Notes under the pieces: generated by a model
Databases searched by the model: none
Seen by the model: the letters and a program-made list of their open reading frames with translations, nothing else
Told to the model about the DNA's origin: nothing
Part shown: one piece after another, positions 20,460-28,492 of the stretch
Position numbering within the stretch: position 1 is the stretch's first letter
Layout: each line of letters begins with the position of its first letter
Program-made: the position numbers and the translations under genes
Assembly (NCBI GenBank): GCA_934162365.1
Contig: CAKPIK010000001.1
Location: 170,877-234,876 of the forward strand
Direction of reading: 5' to 3'
DNA: 64,000 nucleotides
Source of the DNA: an uncultured Clostridia bacterium
GTDB lineage: Bacteria > Bacillota > Clostridia > TANB77 > CAG-508

Positions 20460-20759
20460 AATGAAAAAATAATATCAAATAAAATTCAGTGTAAACATTG
20501 TGGAGATATAATTGAATCGAAAAGTGTGCATAATTTAGTTTCTTGAAAATGTGAAAGTTATCACATTGATGGTGGTAATGAATACTTACGCTTTGGAGGA
20601 AAAGATTTTAGTGAAATTTTAATTATTTTTGATGATGATACAGAAGTATTAGCGAGTGATGAAGAAAATTATAAAAAGAACTATGAGAAATGGGAAAAAA
20701 ATAAGTATAGAAATATTGGTAATTCTTCTTTGAACAAAATAGATAGAATAGATAATTAA
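20460..20759 (+). pseudogene. disrupted small ORF (frameshift at an A6 run right after the ATG, and an in-frame TGA)
   Basis: ATGAAAAAATAA gives an immediate stop. The -1 frame reads ..KIISNKIQCKHCGDIIESKSVHNLVS*KCESYHIDGGNEYLRFGGKDF...NKIDRIDN through one TGA. Confidence 0.3.
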
Positions 20760-20770
20760 TTTATAAAATT

Positions 20771-20816
20771 AAAGTGCAATTTTAATATTTTAAAGTGCAA
20801 AAATTGCACTTTAAAA
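20771..20816. promoter_or_regulatory. second copy of the operator-like module: half-site TTAAAGTGCAA plus palindrome AAAGTGCAA-AAA-TTGCACTTT (extendable to a 29 nt palindrome)
   Basis: Read directly. It lies about 120 bp upstream of the AbiL-like operon, and a TTGATA-17-TATAAT promoter follows at about 20877-20905. Confidence 0.45.
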
Positions 20817-20931
20817 TAAAATACAAATATAACAAAGTAAAAATATCAATAAAATTTGAGAAAAAATCTCAAAAACATTGATATTTTTTTGAGATTAGCA
20901 TATAATACATAAAGAAAAGGAGGATTTAAAA

Positions 20932-22140
20932 ATGTTAATAAGATTTAGTTTTAAAAATTTCAAATCTTTTAAAAATGAAAATTGCTTGGATATGGAAGCA
21001 ACATCACTAAAAGAACATGAATATAATATAGCTAAAACGGAAAATGGTGAATATTTAAAAGTATCAGCAATTTATGGTGCAAATGCTAGTGGAAAAACTA
21101 ATGTGCTACAAGCATTTGGATATATGAAAAACAGAGTGTTAATAACAGATGATTCAAGAAAAAATTCTCCATCAGAAGAAAATGTTTTTAGCTATATGGT
21201 AAATAACGAGCCAATTAGCTTAGAAGTAGAAATACTAGCTAAAAATGGAAAAGTATATAAATATGGTTTCGAAGTATTAAAAGATTATATTATATCAGAA
21301 TGGTTATTTGAAAAAAAAATAAATAAGTTTTATACAATATTTGAAAGAGATAGTAACAACGTAATTTTAAAAGATGAAAATAAAAAGCAAGAATTTTCTA
21401 ACATAGATGAAAGAACTTTATTTTTAAATATTTATAGTAAAATTGATAGCAATAACAAAGATCTTAATAATGTAGTAGAATGGTTTATAAATTCTAATTA
21501 TTTAGACTTAGGAAATCCTTTATTTGAAAATAATATAAATAATAGAATATCATTAAAAATATTAAGTGATGAGAAATATAAAAACGAATTAATAAGATTT
21601 ATAAAGACATTTGATTCTGGCATTGAAGGTATAAAAGTTACTCCAGATTCAGTAGAAGCTGTAAAAAATAATAATGGTGTTGTAAAGATAGAATTAATTC
21701 ATAAAGGAGAAAATGGAATTATTAAGGCATTACCATTAGAGCTTGAATCAAATGGAACAAGAAAAATGTTTCATCTATTTGACTTCTTTATGGATGCATT
21801 AAAATTAGGTATGGTTTTATTTGTTGATGAATTAGATGCTAAGTTGCATCCATTATTAACAAGATATATTATAAATTTATTCCATAATCCAGAAACTAAT
21901 ATTGGAAATGGACAGTTAATATATTCAACTCATGATACTGTTAATTTAAATAAGGATACTTTTAGAAGAGATGAAATATGGTTTGCAGAAAAAAATAAAG
22001 ATGGAATTTCTACAATTTATTCATTGTCTGATTACAAAATAAATGACACAAAGGTAAGAAATGATGCAACTTACAATAAAGATTACTTGTCTGGAAGATA
22101 TGGTGCAATTCCAGTATTAGAAGATTTTGATATAGTATAA
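20932..22140 (+). CDS. AAA_21-type ATPase, AbiLi-like (abortive infection / OLD-like ATPase component)
   Basis: Walker A GANASGKTNVLQAF near the N-terminus and Walker B LFVDELDAKLHP near the C-terminus. The gene is coupled (TAATG overlap) to an RloB-family gene. Confidence 0.75.
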   Translation: MLIRFSFKNFKSFKNENCLDMEATSLKEHEYNIAKTENGEYLKVSAIYGANASGKTNVLQAFGYMKNRVLITDDSRKNSPSEENVFSYMVNNEPISLEVEILAKNGKVYKYGFEVLKDYIISEWLFEKKINKFYTIFERDSNNVILKDENKKQEFSNIDERTLFLNIYSKIDSNNKDLNNVVEWFINSNYLDLGNPLFENNINNRISLKILSDEKYKNELIRFIKTFDSGIEGIKVTPDSVEAVKNNNGVVKIELIHKGENGIIKALPLELESNGTRKMFHLFDFFMDALKLGMVLFVDELDAKLHPLLTRYIINLFHNPETNIGNGQLIYSTHDTVNLNKDTFRRDEIWFAEKNKDGISTIYSLSDYKINDTKVRNDATYNKDYLSGRYGAIPVLEDFDIV

Positions 22141-22784
22141 TGAAAAGTAAAGAATTCAAATGGAACAAAAGAAAATCAAATTTTTTGCAAGTTGCACCAT
22201 CAAATTATTTGATCGTATGCGAAGGAAAACAAACAGAACCTAACTATTTTAATGGTTTAAAGAAGAAGATAAATGAAAAATATGGTAACAAAGTTGATGT
22301 TTTAATTCCTAGCATTGAAGTAAAAGGGACAGGTATGAATACTACATCTTTAGTAAAATATACTCAAAAGATAATAAATTATTCTAATAAGATATATGGA
22401 CAAGTTTGGGTTGTATTTGACAAAGATGATTACAATGATGAACAATTCGATTTAGCAATAAAAAATTGTGATTATAATGTAGCATGGTCTAATCCAAATT
22501 TTGAATTATGGTTATTAGCACATTTTAAGAAAGTAAACAGATATGTTTCAAAAGATGATGTGTTACAAGAACTAAGTAAAGAATTTCAAAGAAATGGATT
22601 AGGTGAATACGCTAAGAATGATGTAAATATATTTGATAAAGTTACTAGTGAAGGAAAGCTACATACTGCAATAAAAAATTGCGAATATATGGAAGTATTA
22701 AATAAAGGTGGACAAGCATCACAAAGAAATCCACTGACTAGAGTTTATAAAATAGTAGATGGATTAAAAGAGTATTTAGAATAA
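22140..22784 (+). CDS. RloB-like protein, AbiLii-like
   Basis: The N-terminal signature YLIVCEGKQTEPNYF is characteristic of the RloB family. The start overlaps the stop of the ATPase gene. Confidence 0.75.
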   Translation: MKSKEFKWNKRKSNFLQVAPSNYLIVCEGKQTEPNYFNGLKKKINEKYGNKVDVLIPSIEVKGTGMNTTSLVKYTQKIINYSNKIYGQVWVVFDKDDYNDEQFDLAIKNCDYNVAWSNPNFELWLLAHFKKVNRYVSKDDVLQELSKEFQRNGLGEYAKNDVNIFDKVTSEGKLHTAIKNCEYMEVLNKGGQASQRNPLTRVYKIVDGLKEYLE

Positions 22785-22868
22785 GTTTACAAAAGAAAAG
22801 CAAAGTATGAGAGTAATTAAAAGTTACAGGATTATTTTGCTTTTTTAATAAGAGAGGAGAAACATAGA

Positions 22869-24641
22869 ATGTTTATAGGTAGAAATAAAATAGAGATAAT
22901 AAATGAAGAAGATAATATAAAAAGGGAAGTAACATATAAAAAGCCAGAAATCTTAATGATAGATTGTGATAAAGAAGAAAGTGATAAATTAAAAGAAAAG
23001 GGATTTAATATTGAATTAGGAACTTTTGGAAAAAAGTATAAAATAATAGACCAGTATGGCAATAAAAAAGTTGCTTTGAATAATAAAATAGGTAATATTA
23101 TAGAAAAAGATATAGTTGTAATAGATATGAAACAAAGAAATACAAATGAGGAATATAATCTAGAAGATTTAGAAAATTTGGAAGATGGAACTTATATAAC
23201 AACTCATGAAAGACAAAAGGAATTTAATCCAATTAATATATCATCAAAATTCTATGTAGAAGAATTTGAAAAATTAAGAAATAAGGATAGTATAACTATA
23301 ATTTTTGCAGATAGAGAAATAAAAGAAAGTTATGACATAACTACATGGAAAAATAGACGTTATAGTAATCAATATGAAACGATATCTAATTATGATTTCT
23401 TACCATTTAATATAAATCCCTTAGAAAGACATTTTGAAACTCAAAAATTTAATATTGTTGCAGAAGGAATATTTAAAGATATTTTCAAAAATTATAAAGG
23501 AAAAATATGTAGCAGATGTACATTTTACATTAATAATTATGAAAATAAAAATATAGCAAAATTGTTAGAAAATATATATGGCGATTTAATAGGATATTTT
23601 CAACTTTTTGAAGATAAAAATGGAATAAAAAATACATTAATTGTATTGCCACAATGTGAAAATAAGAGCTTAATAATAGAAAATATACTAATGGAAATTT
23701 TACCGTTCTTTTATCCAGAAATATTTAAAGATTTTGTTAAAGATACCTGGATGGATAAAGAAGAATATATGTTACCAGAAATAAAAGATATTATTAAAGA
23801 AAAAGAATATATAGAAGAAGAATATAAAAAAAGGTTAGATGAAATTAATCAAAGGATAAAAGAGAAACAAGAAGAAATCAAATATTTATATAATATAATA
23901 AGTTCTACTGGAACAGGGGATAAACTAGTAGAAAATATAATAAAATGCTTGGAATATCTGGAATATACAAAAGTAGATGACTGGGATAAGGTACGAGAAG
24001 ATGATGAAAAAGAAGAGGATATACATATTTATAAAAATGAAAAAGAATATTTTATAGCCGAAGTAAAGGGGATAAATGGACCTGCAATTGAGGATGATTG
24101 TAATGTTATTGTAAAATATAAATCTAGGAATTGTTCTAAGCTGAAAATTCCAAGCATACATGGAATTGTATTTGTAAATTATCATAAAAATGTTGAACCA
24201 AACCAAAGGGAAGAATTAGGTTTTACTTCAAAAGAGATAAAAGATGCTATAAGAGATGAGTATACTCTAGTAGGTACTTATGAATTATTTAAAGCTATAA
24301 GATTGTGCCAAGAGAATATAATAAGTAAAGAGAGTATAAGAAGAGCTCTAGAAACACCAGGAATTTTTAAAGCAATTCCTATATCTTTTGAACAAATTGG
24401 AAAAATAGAGAATATATTAGATAAAATTAATGTTATATGTATACCTTTAGAGTGTGACAAAATAAAAGTAAATGATGAATTATTAATAATAGAAGACAAT
24501 AATTATTATAAAGCAAAAATAGTAAGCATGATGGTAAACGAAATTGGTGTTGAAGAATCAAAAAAGGGAGATAAGGTAGGAATAAAAATAGATAAAGATA
24601 TACCAAAAGTAAAATCAGCACAAATATATTTAATAAAATAG
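22869..24641 (+). CDS. hypothetical protein (590 aa). Central coiled coil and a possible PD-(D/E)xK-like segment (EEDIHIY...FIAEVKG).
   Basis: Long ORF with an RBS (AGAGGAGAAACAT). The motif assignment is weak. Confidence 0.5.
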   Translation: MFIGRNKIEIINEEDNIKREVTYKKPEILMIDCDKEESDKLKEKGFNIELGTFGKKYKIIDQYGNKKVALNNKIGNIIEKDIVVIDMKQRNTNEEYNLEDLENLEDGTYITTHERQKEFNPINISSKFYVEEFEKLRNKDSITIIFADREIKESYDITTWKNRRYSNQYETISNYDFLPFNINPLERHFETQKFNIVAEGIFKDIFKNYKGKICSRCTFYINNYENKNIAKLLENIYGDLIGYFQLFEDKNGIKNTLIVLPQCENKSLIIENILMEILPFFYPEIFKDFVKDTWMDKEEYMLPEIKDIIKEKEYIEEEYKKRLDEINQRIKEKQEEIKYLYNIISSTGTGDKLVENIIKCLEYLEYTKVDDWDKVREDDEKEEDIHIYKNEKEYFIAEVKGINGPAIEDDCNVIVKYKSRNCSKLKIPSIHGIVFVNYHKNVEPNQREELGFTSKEIKDAIRDEYTLVGTYELFKAIRLCQENIISKESIRRALETPGIFKAIPISFEQIGKIENILDKINVICIPLECDKIKVNDELLIIEDNNYYKAKIVSMMVNEIGVEESKKGDKVGIKIDKDIPKVKSAQIYLIK

Positions 24642-24648
24642 GTGTAAT

Positions 24649-25284
24649 ATGAAAGAAAGCAAAAAACAAATATTAGAGGATTTAAACAATATAGTTATAC
24701 AATACCAAAATAGTATGACAAAAATAATAAAGAATGATAAAACTTTACACACAAAAACTGTAATAATCAATACTATCTTACAAAGGAGTTTATCAATTAT
24801 TGATGCATATCAAAGATTATTGACAAGCAATAATGTATTAATACTAAATTCTTTAATGCGTCTGCAAATAGATAATTGTATTTTTATTTATGGCATATAT
24901 TTATTATGCAATGATGGAAATGATATTGCAGAGATATATAAAGATATATTTATTAATAGAAAAAGATTATTTGAATATAAAATCAATAAAAAAGAAAAAC
25001 TATATGATACATTTATTATAGAAAGAATTAATAATGATATTCCAAATTTTAAAGAATTATATGAATTTTGTTGCAGATTTATACATTATTCAGATACAGC
25101 GAGCTATTTAACTATGGAAGCTAAAGAAGAATTAATTATTGAATTTAATCTTTCAACCAATTATAGACGTTTTAAAAAACAAACTATTATTAATGGAAAG
25201 AGTTTTGTTGAAGTGAGTAAACTTGTATTAATAATGATTAGCAAGTATTGGAATAATATTGATTTAGGAAAACCTTTAATTTAA
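24649..25284 (+). CDS. hypothetical protein (211 aa)
   Basis: The ORF begins 8 nt after the previous stop. No recognised motif. Confidence 0.45.
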   Translation: MKESKKQILEDLNNIVIQYQNSMTKIIKNDKTLHTKTVIINTILQRSLSIIDAYQRLLTSNNVLILNSLMRLQIDNCIFIYGIYLLCNDGNDIAEIYKDIFINRKRLFEYKINKKEKLYDTFIIERINNDIPNFKELYEFCCRFIHYSDTASYLTMEAKEELIIEFNLSTNYRRFKKQTIINGKSFVEVSKLVLIMISKYWNNIDLGKPLI

Positions 25285-25427
25285 AGCAAACAATTGAATA
25301 ATTAAAAATATAATATATAAATAAAATAAAAATTTAAAGGGGCGATTTTAACACCAAAAGTGCTAAAATTGTCCTTTATTAAATACATTATATATTTTTT
25401 ATAAATTTGAAAAAAGTACATAAAAAT

Positions 25428-25461
25428 CCAAAGTTTTTTCAAAATTTTGAAAAAACTTTGG
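25428..25461. terminator. 34 nt perfect palindrome CCAAAGTTTTTTCAAAA|TTTTGAAAAAACTTTGG, a likely terminator for the minus-strand 97 aa gene
   Basis: Read directly. It lies between convergent genes, with a U-run on the minus-strand side. Confidence 0.4.
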
Positions 25462-25474
25462 AAAACATATTTAA

Positions 25475-25768
25475 TTAATTATCAGTACTACCACCAATCA
25501 ACTGTACCCCATCACAAAACCCATTCCTATAATACTTCTCATTCCAATAATCACAATAATCTAAAAAATTATCATCAAGTTTGTGTAATTGCTGTCTAAC
25601 ATATTTCTTATTACACTCAGGTACATTTCTTAAAATATTTTCAGCTATTTCATCAAAATAAATCCAATGTTTTTTGTCTTCATCAGATTTTAAAGCAGAG
25701 ATATCTTCATCTCTATAAATAAACCAATCTTTCAAAATATCATCATTAACTTCTCTTAAATTTTTCAT
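25475..25768 (-). CDS. hypothetical protein (97 aa)
   Basis: ORF with an RBS (GGAGG) upstream on the minus strand. Confidence 0.45.
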   Translation of the reverse strand: MKNLREVNDDILKDWFIYRDEDISALKSDEDKKHWIYFDEIAENILRNVPECNKKYVRQQLHKLDDNFLDYCDYWNEKYYRNGFCDGVQLIGGSTDN

Positions 25769-25966
25769 AATAAAACCTCCATAATAATTTTTGATTTTAT
25801 AGAAAATTACTCCAAAATTTTACCAAATAAAATTGGGAAAATTTTGGGAAGAATTGCTTCAAAAAACATCCTAAAAATGCATAAAAACTCAATAAACAAA
25901 ATCTTCTATAAATGGCTAAATACCAATAAAAACTTAAGTTTCCATAAATTTTCCAAAATGCCTTTG

Positions 25967-25988
25967 CCGGCTCTCATAACCCGAAGGT
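25967..25988 (+). repeat. fragment identical to the tRNA-fMet anticodon stem-loop (CCGGCTCTCATAACCCGAAGGT), a candidate distal att repeat
   Basis: A 16 nt exact match to tRNA positions 10052-10067 plus flanking GG, in an otherwise AT-rich intergenic region. Confidence 0.5.
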
Positions 25989-26295
25989 TGCAAAGATTAT
26001 TATAAAATTAAAATAGTAGGGTTTTGTTGATAAAAACATAACTAAAGGCTATACATTATATATACTGAAAAAATGGATAAGATCTTAACTTTTATTGTGA
26101 ATGAAAAAACTTTTCAATTTAATACATTATTTGGGTATATGGTAATAAATGGATGTAAAAATATGATTTTATATAATAATTAATAAAAAGCAGAAGGTTA
26201 AATTTGATTTTTTGTTTTTTTGTGTTATAAAACGACAATTTTTTTATAAAAATGATGATAATATATAATATGAGAAAATGTAAGGAGGAATAATA

Positions 26296-26892
26296 ATGAT
26301 AGAATATCCATATATGATTTCTAATAACAAAATATCTCCAATATTGGAACAAATAAGAAATGCAGCTAAGCCTGAAAAACTAACACAAAATTTATTGAAA
26401 ACTTGGGGATTTTCTAGTTCTAATGATAGAACTATTATATCAGTATTAAAGAGATTGGAATTTTTAACAGAAGATGGAGTACCAAATTTAAATTATGATG
26501 CATTAAGGGATAATACAAAATGGAAAAAAGTATTAGCTAATCAAATAAAAATATTATATAAAGATTTGTTTACTATTAACGAGAATATCAATTTGCAAAA
26601 TGATGAAACCATAAAAGGGGCAATTAGTAGAGTTACAGGAAAAGAAAGTAAAGTGGTAGAAAGGTATTATTCTACATTTAAAACTTTATGTGATTTAGCT
26701 GATTTTACAGGAAATAAAGTATTAAGAAATGAAATAAAAGAAAAGATAGAAGAGCCTATTCCCGATAAGGAGCAAAAGAACCAAACCAAAACAGAATTTC
26801 ATTATAATATACAAATTCATTTGCCGGCAACAACAGATATATCTGTTTATAATGCAATTTTTAAAAGTTTAAAAGATAATTTAATAATATAA
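26296..26892 (+). CDS. hypothetical protein (198 aa)
   Basis: ORF with an RBS (AAGGAGG). It is adjacent and co-oriented with the HEPN-motif gene. Confidence 0.45.
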   Translation: MIEYPYMISNNKISPILEQIRNAAKPEKLTQNLLKTWGFSSSNDRTIISVLKRLEFLTEDGVPNLNYDALRDNTKWKKVLANQIKILYKDLFTINENINLQNDETIKGAISRVTGKESKVVERYYSTFKTLCDLADFTGNKVLRNEIKEKIEEPIPDKEQKNQTKTEFHYNIQIHLPATTDISVYNAIFKSLKDNLII

Positions 26893-26902
26893 AGGTGAAA
26901 AA

Positions 26903-27484
26903 ATGTCAAATAATGAAAAAAATATAAGAGAGTTTATTTTTAATGCATTTTTATTAGAAGATACATTACAAAATTTAGAAACCAATGGGATAACAACCAA
27001 GATATTAGAAGAACAAAAACAAATCCAAAGAATTTTAGAAATTGATTTTAGTCCAAGAATAATATATGATGCTAATAAAATGTCAAGTGTATATATGTCA
27101 TTTTTTTGTATAGAAAATGCAATAAGAGAACTAATAAGTGATAGGCTTTCAGAAAGAAAAGGATTAGACTGGTGGGAAAAGTCCGTTCCAGAAAAAATAA
27201 AAAGGGATGTTCAAAAATTAATGCAAAAGGAGGAGAAGAATAAATATCATACTCCAAGATCAACAACTAATATAGGTTATACACTATTTGGAAATTTAGG
27301 TGATATAATTATACATAATTGGGATGAATTCTCGGATTTATTTCCTGATCAGGCTTGGGTGAGTTCAAGATTTAAAGATTTAGAAATGTCAAGAAATATT
27401 ATTATGCATACAGGTATTTTACCAGATATAGAAATAGAAAGAATACAGTCAATAGTAAGAGATTGGCTGAGGCAAGTTGGATAA
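26903..27484 (+). CDS. hypothetical protein with HEPN-type R-N-x3-H motif (putative RNase/toxin-like)
   Basis: EMSRNIIMHTG contains RNxxxH, the Rx4-6H HEPN catalytic signature, near the C-terminus. Confidence 0.45.
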   Translation: MSNNEKNIREFIFNAFLLEDTLQNLETNGITTKILEEQKQIQRILEIDFSPRIIYDANKMSSVYMSFFCIENAIRELISDRLSERKGLDWWEKSVPEKIKRDVQKLMQKEEKNKYHTPRSTTNIGYTLFGNLGDIIIHNWDEFSDLFPDQAWVSSRFKDLEMSRNIIMHTGILPDIEIERIQSIVRDWLRQVG

Positions 27485-27674
27485 AAAACTCGTTTTTTAT
27501 CTGCTCTTCAAAAAATCAATTATTTGATTTACATCAAAAAAATTATTCATATAATAAATCACACAAATATACTTCATAACTTATTCAACATTGTATAAAT
27601 TAACAATTATTAATTTAAAACATATAATAATATAAAGAGCAACATAAAAAAGCTCTTGAGAGGAGAGAATAAGT

Positions 27675-28076
27675 ATGAAACGTAGTAATTGTGGATGTTT
27701 AGTAACAGTAATAATAGGACTAATATTTGGAATAATTGTTGGATATAATGCTTTCTTAACACTATTACCTGGCATAGTAACAGCAATATGGATAGCATTA
27801 GGCATAGGCCTTGGATCACTAGTATTATTGACTTTAATATCATTAATAGCATGTGGCAAAAAAGAAAAATGCATTTGTAAAAATGGAATTTGTATTGCTA
27901 TACCAGCAGTTGGTACTGTTATTACAGCCATTATAGGCTTGACTATAACAATAACAGCAGGGTCAGTAGGAATAGCTGTTCTAATAGGATTAGGAGTATT
28001 ATTCCTAACAATAACTATATTAAATTTACTAAGATTAATTCTTTGTTTAATTAATGAAAATTGCGAATGTAGATAA
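27675..28076 (+). CDS. Cys-rich small polytopic membrane protein (133 aa)
   Basis: Four hydrophobic helices. Cysteine pairs CGC...CGKKEKCICKNGIC...CLINENCEC. Confidence 0.45.
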   Translation: MKRSNCGCLVTVIIGLIFGIIVGYNAFLTLLPGIVTAIWIALGIGLGSLVLLTLISLIACGKKEKCICKNGICIAIPAVGTVITAIIGLTITITAGSVGIAVLIGLGVLFLTITILNLLRLILCLINENCECR

Positions 28077-28087
28077 AATTAATTAAA

Positions 28088-28117
28088 AAAGCACTTACAT
28101 TATGTAAGTGCTTTTTA
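28088..28117 (+). terminator. rho-independent terminator
   Basis: Perfect hairpin AGCACTTACAT-T-ATGTAAGTGCT followed by TTTTT. Confidence 0.6.
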
Positions 28118-28178
28118 GTTTGTATTATATTAAGAAATTTGGCTAAAATATTTTGTGTATTCTTCAGTATATAAAAAC

Positions 28179-28207
28179 TTGACAAAATGAACTTTGTATA
28201 TTATAAT
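28179..28207 (+). promoter_or_regulatory. sigma-A promoter TTGACA-17-TATAAT driving the T-box leader
   Basis: Consensus hexamers are read directly. Confidence 0.5.
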
Positions 28208-28213
28208 TTTTAC

Positions 28214-28492
28214 TGCATTGAAGGAGAAGAGTAACTGCAAAGTCTATAAAAGTGAGCTAGGTATAGTGTGAACTAGCTATAAACTTACAGTGAAAGAACA
28301 CTCTGGAGTAAACTACCGAAAAGTTTTTAACTTAGTAGACTAGTTCGGCAGCAATCCGTTATCAAATTGCTATGCTTACTTGAGCAAAATGAGATTACTA
28401 AAATTATCAAGTTTAATAAACTTTAGTAATAAATTAAGGTGGCACCACGAATCCCGTATTCGTCCTTATAATTAGGAACGTACGGGGATTTT
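28214..28492 (+). ncRNA. T-box riboswitch leader controlling aspS
   Basis: The conserved T-box sequence AATTAAGGTGGCACCACGAATCC overlaps a terminator (CCCGTA...TACGGGGATTTTTT). GA/K-turn-like GAAGGAGAAGAGTA is present near the 5' end. Confidence 0.75.

Larger units (their letters stand above)
10052..25988. mobile_element. about 16 kb integrase-bearing genomic (defense) island inserted at tRNA-fMet. The left end is within the tRNA anticodon arm, the right end at a 16-19 nt direct repeat of the same segment.
   Basis: A tyrosine integrase gene lies immediately 3' of tRNA-fMet. CTCATAACCCGAAGGT (tRNA 10052-10067) recurs at 25973-25988, preceded by GG(C). The interval is filled with defense-like and hypothetical genes. 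Confidence 0.5.
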
